Shown here in pieces: positions 1-7,747 of a stretch of 64,000 nt of DNA (position 1 is its first letter; every line of letters begins with the position of its first letter). Under the pieces are notes generated by a model, which was not told the DNA's origin, did not search any database, and worked only from the letters and a program-made list of their open reading frames with translations. The stretch is from a virus. The position numbers were made by a program, and so were the translations under genes. The stretch spans positions 1 to 64,000 of the IMG/VR virus record IMGVR_UViG_3300044684_000161; one strand, 5' to 3'.

Positions 1-2
1 AC

Positions 3-248
3 GGCCGCGAGGCCAAGAATGGCGACAAAATCGTGTCCTTGGGCGGCTGGGGTAGCGGTCCAGTGAACATCAACGCCATCGGCATCTTGTTCGACGCCGT
101 GCCCGGCAATGACTACTGCAACGGCAATATCGCTTCGATCATCGGTGGCCCGGTCGTCGGCGCATGCCTGTGCGACTGCCTGCATATCGATGACCTTGCG
201 GCGATCCTGGCCGAGAAGGGATTGGACAAGCGCCCCGCCGGCATGTGA
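3..248 (+). CDS. Phage hypothetical protein, 5'-truncated by the window edge
   Basis: Frame is open from position 3 (GREAKNGDKIVSLGG...ACLCDCLHIDD) with phage-like codon usage. Confidence 0.7.
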   Translation, partial: GREAKNGDKIVSLGGWGSGPVNINAIGILFDAVPGNDYCNGNIASIIGGPVVGACLCDCLHIDDLAAILAEKGLDKRPAGM

Positions 249-320
249 ACTAACTGTAAGTCTGACGTTCTAGGCTTCGGACGGCCGAGATATGCGCCGT
301 CCGAAGAACAACCGAGCATA

Positions 321-339
321 TAGGGCGCACATAGGACGC
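321..339 (-). repeat. GCGCCC(G/T)A 11-bp-period tandem motif (minus-strand copy)
   Basis: Minus strand reads GCGTCCTA-tgt-GCGCCCTA; intergenic. Confidence 0.5.
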
Positions 340-352
340 CAGCCAACCAAAT

Positions 353-658
353 ATGAGCGATAACGCATGGTCGATGCTGGTTGACGCTCTCGCGCACGAG
401 GGTGAGCGACCGGCTCCAGATCCTGCCAAAGTGGCGCGAGCCAAGGCTGTGCGGCGAGGTTACCGCATCGGTCCAGAGCCAACGCGCCGCGCGCCGAAGT
501 TGACCGATGCCCAGGTGCTTGAATGCCGGACCCGGTATGAGTTCAACGGCGAGAAAAGCCACGTGCTCGCCAAGGAATACGGCACCTCAGCACGGTACAT
601 GCTCGAACTGCTCACCTACGGCATCCGCTCCAAGCTGATCCCGCGCCGGCCGGAGTGA
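353..658 (+). CDS. Small putative DNA-binding (HTH-like) protein
   Basis: KLTDAQVLECR...LAKEYGTSARYM resembles a C-terminal helix-turn-helix. Confidence 0.65.
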   Translation: MSDNAWSMLVDALAHEGERPAPDPAKVARAKAVRRGYRIGPEPTRRAPKLTDAQVLECRTRYEFNGEKSHVLAKEYGTSARYMLELLTYGIRSKLIPRRPE

Positions 659-773
659 GACCGAGTCTCAATCGTCCCATGCCAGCAGCCGGGCGGCTCT
701 GCCGCTCCTCAGTCTCAAAAGTCTCGTCGTGAATGGATACTGATGGGACTGAGTCTGAGACTGTCCCATGCCA
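656..773. repeat. Cluster of GTCTC/GAGAC and GTCCCAT direct and inverted repeats upstream of terS (candidate packaging site)
   Basis: TGAGAC-cga-GTCTCA at 656-670; AGTCTC at 711 and 720; GTCCCATGCCA at 674 and 763; ATGGGAC at 743 is inverse to GTCCCAT at 763. Confidence 0.5.
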
Positions 774-1421
774 CGCCCGAAAGAAGACCGAAAACAGGAA
801 GTCATCGCCGCGATCCGTGAACACCTCATGGTCGAGGGTCCGCAGAAGTGGGAGACCCTGCAGACCAAATATCCTGACGTGCCGCGCTCGACGCTGTTCC
901 GATGGATCAAGGAGGTACGCGAGGATGCCGAAGAGGCGGCTGGCAAGCACGGGGCCGGCGCGCTCAGGTTGGCACAGAAGCGCATCCGCAAGCACGTCGA
1001 GCCGGTCGCTAAGACACAGGAACGCATCAAGGCGCATCTGCCCGCCGCGCCTTCGCCGGCTGTGATCGCTGGCGAAGACGCGCACGTCGAGCAGATGTTC
1101 GATTTCTTCGCCTACTTCGGCCGGATCGTCTCCGACGCAGAGCTCGTGCGCGCTGAGGCCGTGCGCAAAAATGAGGACGGGACGGAGAAGGCCAAGAACC
1201 CAGTTCTGCTCGACAACAACCTGCGGCGCCGGCTCGGCATCCTTGAGACCTACCTGCATGCGATGCACGAGGTCTACAACCTCGAAAAAATCCAGCAGCT
1301 TTACCGCATCGTCATCGATGCCGTCGGCGAGGCCGATCCCGAGATCCAGCGCGCCATCCTCGTCAAACTACGTGAGGCCGACAATGTGCATGGCCTGACC
1401 ATGAACGCGAGGCTGCGGTAA
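768..1421 (+). CDS. terS: Putative terminase small subunit
   Basis: N-terminal HTH (VPRSTLFRWIK), helical body, stop/start overlap with terL. Confidence 0.7.
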   Translation: MPRPKEDRKQEVIAAIREHLMVEGPQKWETLQTKYPDVPRSTLFRWIKEVREDAEEAAGKHGAGALRLAQKRIRKHVEPVAKTQERIKAHLPAAPSPAVIAGEDAHVEQMFDFFAYFGRIVSDAELVRAEAVRKNEDGTEKAKNPVLLDNNLRRRLGILETYLHAMHEVYNLEKIQQLYRIVIDAVGEADPEIQRAILVKLREADNVHGLTMNARLR

Positions 1422-3481
1422 TGGCATGGGGCGGCCGCCGGGCGCGCAAGGAGGAGCCGAATCCGTTCGATACGCTTGGCTCGCTGATTGCCGGTCTTGA
1501 GGAGAAGACCGGCTACCGGGTCGACACGAATGGGATCGGCGACAAGACGTTCGTCGAGTGGTGCGAGTTCCTGGCCGAGGACGGTCTCAAGGTAGACAGC
1601 AAGCCGTTCAGTCTCGACGACCGGCCTGCACTGCGTCCGATCTACGAGGCTATTCCTTCGACGAGGGAGGAAGCCAAGGACGCGATGCTGATCTGCATGA
1701 AGGCCACGCAGCTTGGCCTGACGGTGTGGGAGGTGTTGGCGAACATCTACATGGCGTGCAAGTGGGAGCCCGTGACGATCGGCATGTTCATGCCGACGCG
1801 CGACACCGCGATCCACAAGTCCGAGCACCGCTTCATGCGGATGGTGCGCAGCGCGAAGCAGCTATACCGGTTGCTAACGACTGGGCGCGCCGTCGACGGC
1901 AATGAGGAGAAGGTCGGCGAGGGCAACGTGCTCACGCGCAAGATCGGAGAGTCGCTGCTGCTATTCCTGTGGACGACTGGCAAGGTGACGACCGAGTCGA
2001 TTCCAATGGACATCGTGACCCTCGATGAGGTGCAGGAAATGACCCTGGACCAGATCGACAAGGTGCGAGCGCGGACGGGCGACTCCGATATTCAGTTCTC
2101 CCTCATGTTGTCGACGGCCAACATCGAAGGACGCGACATCCATTTTTGGTACTTAGAGGGGACTCAGGAGGTCTGGCACACCGAGTGCCCGCACTGCGGC
2201 ATGTTCTCCGATCTGTCTGACCCCGCCGGCAACTTCCCGGACAAATCGATCGGCTACAACACCGGTCAATGGGCTGGCGCGCCGATGAACGAGTACATCT
2301 GGACGTGTCCAACGTGCCGAGGGTGGATCAAAGACCCTCAGCAAGGGAAGCTCATTGTCACGAACCCGGGCGCCAACCCGAAGACGCGCTCGTTCCTGCT
2401 GCCGCGCACGATCAGCCCGAAGATGACGCCGCGCAAGATGGCGGAGGCTTGGGCCCGCGCGAAGACTGGCGATCAAAAGAAGTCGTTCTTCAATCGCACG
2501 CTCGGGCGTCCGTACCTCGACCCCGACCAGATCCCGGTATCGATGGCGCATTGCCTTGCGGCGGTGGAGGCCGGCAAGAAAGCCGGGCTGCGATGGAAGA
2601 AGAGCGCGCGGCACACATACATGGGCATTGACCAGATGGGCGGTTTCAACGCCGTCATCATCAAGGAGCGTATGCCTGACGGGCGCCAGGCCGTCGTCCA
2701 CATCGAGGCTGTCTTCGACAATGACCCGTTCGCGCGCTGCTCCGAGATGATGGATCAGTTCGGCGTCGAGATGTGCGTCGTCGAGCAGTTGCCGAACGTC
2801 AACGACGCGCGGCGCTTCGCCAACAAGCATCCGGGCCGTGTCTTCCTGGCCGGCTACGCGGATCTTCGCGACAACCAGATGACGTGGGGCGACGATCTCA
2901 CGAAGTCAGACAAGCGCACAAGCGAGGAAGACCGCTCGCGCTACACGGTGACGCTGAATCAGTACAAGTGCATGCAGACCGCGCTGTTTCGCATCCGCGA
3001 CGGCTACTGCCTGTTCCCGAATCCGGACGACCTCGAGCAAGAGGTCATCGAGAACCGGATATCGAAGCGCATGCCAATTGTGCGCGACTGGGTGTTCGTG
3101 CACTTCACGAAAACTGCGCTCGTGGTCGACATCAAGGACGACGAACGCAAGGCGCGGGCGAAGGTCCTGAAGTTGGACATCGACCCTCACTTCAGTTTTG
3201 CGAACATGCTCTGTGACGTGGCATGGGCGCGCGCTTACGGGACGAGCACGATGATATTGCCAACAGCAGACACCTCGAAGCAGGTAGCCGTGGAACGATC
3301 CGAGCAGATGAACATGCATGGGTTGCCGGTGCACGTGTCGGCGATGATTCAAGACCTGCCGGCCGGCGATCGATGCGGCCGGTGCACGGCGTTCGACGCA
3401 GAAACAGGCCAGTGCACCGAGCGCATGCTCGTAGTGCAGCCGTCGGACCCTGGCTGCATCCTATTCTCCGCGAAGAGTTGA
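1421..3481 (+). CDS. terL: Terminase large subunit, lambda GpA-like
   Basis: Walker A-like MKATQLGLT, Walker B VTLDEV, LSTA coupling motif, CPHC..CPTC zinc knuckle, nuclease MGIDQ and DPHF motifs. Confidence 0.92.
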   Translation: MAWGGRRARKEEPNPFDTLGSLIAGLEEKTGYRVDTNGIGDKTFVEWCEFLAEDGLKVDSKPFSLDDRPALRPIYEAIPSTREEAKDAMLICMKATQLGLTVWEVLANIYMACKWEPVTIGMFMPTRDTAIHKSEHRFMRMVRSAKQLYRLLTTGRAVDGNEEKVGEGNVLTRKIGESLLLFLWTTGKVTTESIPMDIVTLDEVQEMTLDQIDKVRARTGDSDIQFSLMLSTANIEGRDIHFWYLEGTQEVWHTECPHCGMFSDLSDPAGNFPDKSIGYNTGQWAGAPMNEYIWTCPTCRGWIKDPQQGKLIVTNPGANPKTRSFLLPRTISPKMTPRKMAEAWARAKTGDQKKSFFNRTLGRPYLDPDQIPVSMAHCLAAVEAGKKAGLRWKKSARHTYMGIDQMGGFNAVIIKERMPDGRQAVVHIEAVFDNDPFARCSEMMDQFGVEMCVVEQLPNVNDARRFANKHPGRVFLAGYADLRDNQMTWGDDLTKSDKRTSEEDRSRYTVTLNQYKCMQTALFRIRDGYCLFPNPDDLEQEVIENRISKRMPIVRDWVFVHFTKTALVVDIKDDERKARAKVLKLDIDPHFSFANMLCDVAWARAYGTSTMILPTADTSKQVAVERSEQMNMHGLPVHVSAMIQDLPAGDRCGRCTAFDAETGQCTERMLVVQPSDPGCILFSAKS

Positions 3482-3482
3482 G

Positions 3483-3501
3483 GCGCCCGACCTGCGCCCT
3501 A
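3483..3501 (+). repeat. GCGCCC(G/T)A tandem motif
   Basis: GCGCCCGA-cct-GCGCCCTA immediately after the terL stop. Confidence 0.6.
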
Positions 3502-3619
3502 ATGGATTGCAAAGTCACGCCCACCGGGCTTTGAATCTCTTAGCCATACTGGCTTTCCTGAATTTATGCTTGCATTTATCACCAGATTATTAATCTGATT
3601 CTCTCTAATACATCACATC

Positions 3620-3904
3620 GTGAGCCCCGAAACCATGGCTGGCCTAGACGTTTTCAATTCGATTTTTGAGTTTGCGCTGATGATCCCGTTTGCGTTCGGA
3701 CTGCGCACGCTATACCGGGCGAAGGACTCACGCGCGATGAATGAACTCGAGCAGTGGCCCTACCTGCTTCATTGCTTGTACACGGTCTTCTTTTTTGGCG
3801 CGCTCGGTCGATGGTGGTCGTCGGCCGCACTCTTCTGTTGGGCGTGCGCGTTCGTCGTCAAAATTCTGATGATCCGCCATTACCGGGACACCGCATCAGC
3901 GTGA
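3620..3904 (+). CDS. Small 3-TM membrane protein (PQ-loop/SemiSWEET-like topology), moron-like
   Basis: Three hydrophobic segments with a RTLYRAKDSRAM loop; AT-rich upstream region containing the dyad CAGATTA-T-TAATCTG (3583-3597). Confidence 0.6.
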   Translation: MSPETMAGLDVFNSIFEFALMIPFAFGLRTLYRAKDSRAMNELEQWPYLLHCLYTVFFFGALGRWWSSAALFCWACAFVVKILMIRHYRDTASA

Positions 3905-3907
3905 CGC

Positions 3908-3944
3908 CTCAAATATGAGGCCGCTCCTGTCGTGACGATAGAGT
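3908..3944 (+). promoter_or_regulatory. CTCAAATATGAG operator-like palindrome plus CGTGAC-type promoter
   Basis: CTCAAATATGAG at 3908-3919; CGTGAC-ga-TAGAGT at 3931-3944. Confidence 0.55.
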
Positions 3945-3995
3945 CAATTGGCGCCCGCAAGGGCCCTCTCTGTCTCTCGAATAGGAGCGTTCTCC

Positions 3996-4259
3996 ATGCT
4001 TCAGTCTCCCATCGCGACCGGTGCGCTGACGGTCAGCGCTGCCGATCTCGTGCCGACGGTTCAGTGGGCCATGACCGGCTTCCACGGGTTGCCGCCCGAG
4101 AACCTGGCTGGACTCATCGCCGGTGGAATCGTGCTGCTCGGCCATGCCATCTACAACCGTTACTTCAAGAGCGACGGTGATGCGGCCCAGCCGAGCGCCG
4201 CCGCGCCGGTTGCTGCTCCTGCCGCGCCCGCTGCTCCTGCCGTCGCGCCCGCGCAATGA
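3996..4259 (+). CDS. Holin-like small membrane protein
   Basis: AGGAG RBS before ATG 3996; two hydrophobic segments and an Ala/Pro tail. Confidence 0.6.
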   Translation: MLQSPIATGALTVSAADLVPTVQWAMTGFHGLPPENLAGLIAGGIVLLGHAIYNRYFKSDGDAAQPSAAAPVAAPAAPAAPAVAPAQ

Positions 4260-4567
4260 TCCGCGCTGCGCTCGCCCTGTGTCTCCTGCTATGCGGGTGC
4301 GCGGGAACCGCGTCCTACGCTGTGCGGCCGTTCTACGAGCCGAACACGAAGCAGATGGTCTGCTGCGAAGCGATCGCCATCAACTCGAAGGACGTGGGCG
4401 CGCTCTCGTTTGACCTGAGCACGCAGCCAGGCGGCGCAGTCACGGTTCACTTCACGGAAAACGGCGTCGGTGCCACAGCGCCAATGACTGCGCAAGGCGC
4501 TGTCGTCTCCAACGTCGCGGGGGCGGTTTCGAACGCTGCGGCCGCGATCATCAAAGTCTCGCCTTAA
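4256..4567 (+). CDS. Lipoprotein
   Basis: Signal peptide with lipobox LLCGC; ATGA overlap with the upstream gene. Confidence 0.7.
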   Translation: MIRAALALCLLLCGCAGTASYAVRPFYEPNTKQMVCCEAIAINSKDVGALSFDLSTQPGGAVTVHFTENGVGATAPMTAQGAVVSNVAGAVSNAAAAIIKVSP

Positions 4568-4577
4568 AGGAATCATC

Positions 4578-5054
4578 ATGAAGCGTTTTCTGCTTTTCGT
4601 CGCGCCGCTACTCGCGCTGTGCGCCTCAATCGTCGGTTGCTCGAACGCGCCGACGCTTCCTCCGCTCACATTCCCGCAGGCGGTTTCGATTGCCTGCGGC
4701 GCGGCGAACGGCGAACTCGTCGTTCTGAAGTCTGACGGTGTCTTTACCGGAGGCGCAGCCGACACGCTGAGCAAGACCGTTCAGCCGGCAGTCGATAAAG
4801 TCTGTGCAGCCGGCGCGACGATCACCACTCCCGATCTAAAAACGATCGTCAATACGACGCTGCCGCTCGTCAAGACGTTCATCGACGCCTCGCCGATGGC
4901 GGAAAAGGACAAGAACATCGCCAACGCGGCGATCGATTCCGGCGTCCTGGCGTTCAACGTGGCGATCGCGCTGCAGCCGCAAGCGACGGAGCCCGCTGCT
5001 CCGGCTGCTTCTGCTCCACCCGCCGCTTCCGCGCCGGCGACCGCGAGCAAGTAA
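4578..5054 (+). CDS. Lipoprotein
   Basis: MKRFLLFVAPLLALCASIVG-C lipobox; AAGGA RBS. Confidence 0.75.
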   Translation: MKRFLLFVAPLLALCASIVGCSNAPTLPPLTFPQAVSIACGAANGELVVLKSDGVFTGGAADTLSKTVQPAVDKVCAAGATITTPDLKTIVNTTLPLVKTFIDASPMAEKDKNIANAAIDSGVLAFNVAIALQPQATEPAAPAASAPPAASAPATASK

Positions 5055-5638
5055 TGACGCCGCGCGACTTCGCGCTGATCGCGCAGGAAGCCTACACCGC
5101 GAAGCCGGACATCGGCGACGAGGATAGCGCTTCCCGCGCGATTGTGCGCCAGACGGAGAGCGGCCTCGTTGTCGCGTTCCCGGGCTCCGATAACCTTGAG
5201 TGCTGGCTCCACGATTTCGACGCCGATCTGGTCAATGTGCCCGGCATCGGTGACGTGCATGACGGCTTCTGGAAAGCATGGAAGGCAATTTCGGTCGACG
5301 TGCTTGCTGCGATCGCCGGCCGGCCTGTGACGCTCGTCGGGCACTCGCTCGGGGGTGCCATCGCGCTCCTGGCGGCAGCCGATATGTCAGCCTCCGGCAA
5401 CTTCCCGACGGCCGTCTACGGCTTCGAGCCACCGCGTGTCTGCCGTGGCTTGGGCGTGCGCGCACTGCTCGCCAACGTGCCCGTTCGGCTCTACAAGAAC
5501 GGCAACGACATCGTGCCGGACCTGCCGCCAGGACTGGATCACGGGGGGTTGCTGATGCACATCGGGCACGCGGCGTTGCCTATTCCCAACACGATCGATC
5601 ACGAGCTCGCGCGCGTGACGGCGGCGTTGCCTGCGTAG
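5054..5638 (+). CDS. Class 3 lipase (alpha/beta hydrolase)
   Basis: VAFPGSD lid region, VHDGF, nucleophile motif GHSLGG, DIVP Asp and IDH His. Confidence 0.9.
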   Translation: MTPRDFALIAQEAYTAKPDIGDEDSASRAIVRQTESGLVVAFPGSDNLECWLHDFDADLVNVPGIGDVHDGFWKAWKAISVDVLAAIAGRPVTLVGHSLGGAIALLAAADMSASGNFPTAVYGFEPPRVCRGLGVRALLANVPVRLYKNGNDIVPDLPPGLDHGGLLMHIGHAALPIPNTIDHELARVTAALPA

Positions 5639-5656
5639 CGCCCGATCGGCGCCCGA
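5638..5656 (+). repeat. GCGCCC(G/T)A tandem motif
   Basis: GCGCCCGA-tcg-GCGCCCGA. Confidence 0.6.
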
Positions 5657-5660
5657 ACTC

Positions 5661-5700
5661 AAGCCCCGGTGTATGGAAGCAGCGCCGGGGCTTCGCTTTT
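5661..5700 (+). terminator. Putative intrinsic terminator
   Basis: AAGCCCCGG...CCGGGGCTT stem followed by CGCTTTT. Confidence 0.55.
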
Positions 5701-5821
5701 ATGATGCGCGCACCAGACTTGGCATCCGATAGCAAGCCCGCGAAACGAAACCGCAGGCTCACGAAAGACGCGCGGATGATCGTGATCGAGGATCGCCCCT
5801 GTTTCAATCGTGGGAGTCCGC

Positions 5822-6166
5822 ATGTCTCGAACAGCGCCGCACACTGAACATCCGGAAACGACTACCAAGCCGAAGAAGCCCGAAGCACTCTACGATCCGA
5901 TCTTTTTCCGCAAGGATGATCTCAAGGTCGGCACCGAGCTCCTGTACATGGGGAGGCTGGCGCCGAAAACGCGGTGGACGATCGTCGAGGTGAAAACTGA
6001 CCTGGGGCGCGGACGAGGCATGAAGATCGTCGACGGCGTGCGCACACTGAACGACTACCTCACTCTGCGCAGCGCCAGCGGCGAGATCCGCCGCATGTCG
6101 TTCGCATACGCTTCCTACTCGGCGATCTGGCAGCTACCGCGCGCGACGCTCAAGCGGGTGAAGTAG
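5822..6166 (+). CDS. Hypothetical protein
   Basis: GGGAG RBS, biased codon usage, converges on the methyltransferase stop. Confidence 0.65.
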   Translation: MSRTAPHTEHPETTTKPKKPEALYDPIFFRKDDLKVGTELLYMGRLAPKTRWTIVEVKTDLGRGRGMKIVDGVRTLNDYLTLRSASGEIRRMSFAYASYSAIWQLPRATLKRVK

Positions 6167-6167
6167 T

Positions 6168-7682
6168 TCAGGCGGCCGCCTCACCGAATAGGTCGAGTTG
6201 CGGCGCGGGCACCGGCTCGGTCGCACGTGATGACTCGATTTTGGCGAGTTCGTGTGCGATGCGCGCGCGAGCGATTTCGACGTATTCCGGCGTCACGTCG
6301 ACCCCAATGAACCGGAAGCCCTCGCGCATCGCTGCTTTGCCCGTCGAGCCAGAACCCATAAACGGGTCGAGCACGAGACCGCCGGGCGGTGTGACGAGTC
6401 GGCACAGGTAGGCCATGAGGTCGGTCGGCTTGACCGTTGGGTGATTGTTCTTGACGGACTCCGGCTCCCAGCCGTCGCGACGCGTAATGTGCTGGCCGCT
6501 GGTGTTGCTGTTCATCCCGCCCTTCTGATCGGGCAGTCCGTCGCAGCCCTCGTTCCGATCAGCGCGCGACGCTTTGGCCGCGTAGAAAAATCGCGCTGCG
6601 GACTTGCCGATCTCGGCGCGCGGCTCGGCGCCCCCACTTCCACGCGCCATCGCGCCGTAGACGTTCTGGTTTTTCCTGCTGCTGCTGCTGCTGCTCGCGC
6701 GAGCGAGTTGTCCAGGTGCGTCGGGGAACGCCTTAAGCACTTCCTCGCTGCCGTCATGTAGCAGGTTGGCAGGCCAACGACCGCCGACGTGAGGTGCCTT
6801 TTCGATCACGGCGGCGTCGCCTTCGGTGAAGAATTTTACGGATCCGAGGCCGGTAGCCGTGTGCGCTTTCCACGGTTCACCTGGAATTCTGCACGCGCCA
6901 ATGTTCAGCGCACCAGTGCCGTGCTCCAGCACGTTCGCCGCGACCGTTCCTTCCGATAGCGGCTTGCGCGCGACGCAGATCGGCTCATGCGCGGGCTTGA
7001 GTGCGGTGCCCCAGCCTTGCCATTGGCGCGCGGCCGCCGTGACTCCATCGGCACTCGTCAACTTCCCGGAATGCCCGACGCCATACACTGTCCCGTCGCC
7101 ACGCCGATCAGTTGCTTCGCCGATTACTGCACGGAGTTCTTGAGGCGGGATGCGACAGCCGAGTACTGCGCGCAGCTTGTTGGCGTCCTCGGGCGAGATA
7201 TTCCGGCCGCCTTCGCGCCAAAACTGGATCAAGCGACTATCCCGCTCGACTAAGCGCGCGATCTCCCCGTCTGATAGTCCGCTTTCGGCGATGAGCGTGG
7301 CGATCTCTTTTCGTACTTCCATGCCCTCGTGCGCGCCGAGCTTGTCGATCGCCTTCGACACGTCCAGCGATTTGGGGAAGCCTGATCCGTACACCCACAT
7401 GATCTGATCGCGGATCTCAAACCCAGCGTCCTCGATCGCGCACACCATACGGTGATAGGTACGCGATCCGCTGAACGCTAGCAGGTGGGCGCCTGGCTTC
7501 AGCACGCGCAGCGCCTCGCGCCACATCTCAACGTTGTTGGCGATGCCTGAGCAGTCCCAGCCCTTCCCCATAAAGCCGAGTTCGTATGGCGGATCGGTGA
7601 CGACGGAATCGACGGAGTTGTCCGGCATCATGCGCATCACTTTGATGCAGTCGCCGAGGTGCAGCGTGAAAGGTGCGGTCAT
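6168..7682 (-). CDS. Amino (N6A/N4C) DNA methyltransferase, beta class, with an internal HTH insertion
   Basis: Motif IV VTDPPY near the N-terminus; HPTVKP and DPFMGSGSTG (motif I) near the C-terminus. Confidence 0.93.
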   Translation of the reverse strand: MTAPFTLHLGDCIKVMRMMPDNSVDSVVTDPPYELGFMGKGWDCSGIANNVEMWREALRVLKPGAHLLAFSGSRTYHRMVCAIEDAGFEIRDQIMWVYGSGFPKSLDVSKAIDKLGAHEGMEVRKEIATLIAESGLSDGEIARLVERDSRLIQFWREGGRNISPEDANKLRAVLGCRIPPQELRAVIGEATDRRGDGTVYGVGHSGKLTSADGVTAAARQWQGWGTALKPAHEPICVARKPLSEGTVAANVLEHGTGALNIGACRIPGEPWKAHTATGLGSVKFFTEGDAAVIEKAPHVGGRWPANLLHDGSEEVLKAFPDAPGQLARASSSSSSRKNQNVYGAMARGSGGAEPRAEIGKSAARFFYAAKASRADRNEGCDGLPDQKGGMNSNTSGQHITRRDGWEPESVKNNHPTVKPTDLMAYLCRLVTPPGGLVLDPFMGSGSTGKAAMREGFRFIGVDVTPEYVEIARARIAHELAKIESSRATEPVPAPQLDLFGEAAA

Positions 7683-7712
7683 GGATCTCGGTGTCGCGTT
7701 GTCTCGCGGCTT

Positions 7713-7742
7713 AGTGTCGTGTCACGCCTCAAATTTGAGGCG
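7713..7742 (-). promoter_or_regulatory. CGTGAC-type promoter with an adjacent perfect palindrome
   Basis: Minus strand CGTGAC-ac-GACACT (7726-7713); CGCCTCAAATTTGAGGCG at 7725-7742. Confidence 0.6.
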
Positions 7743-7747
7743 GCTAG

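Noticed and set aside
6676-6695. CTG trinucleotide run in the MTase as a phase-variation tract
   Set aside because: The triplet unit keeps the frame (poly-Ser) and the run is short
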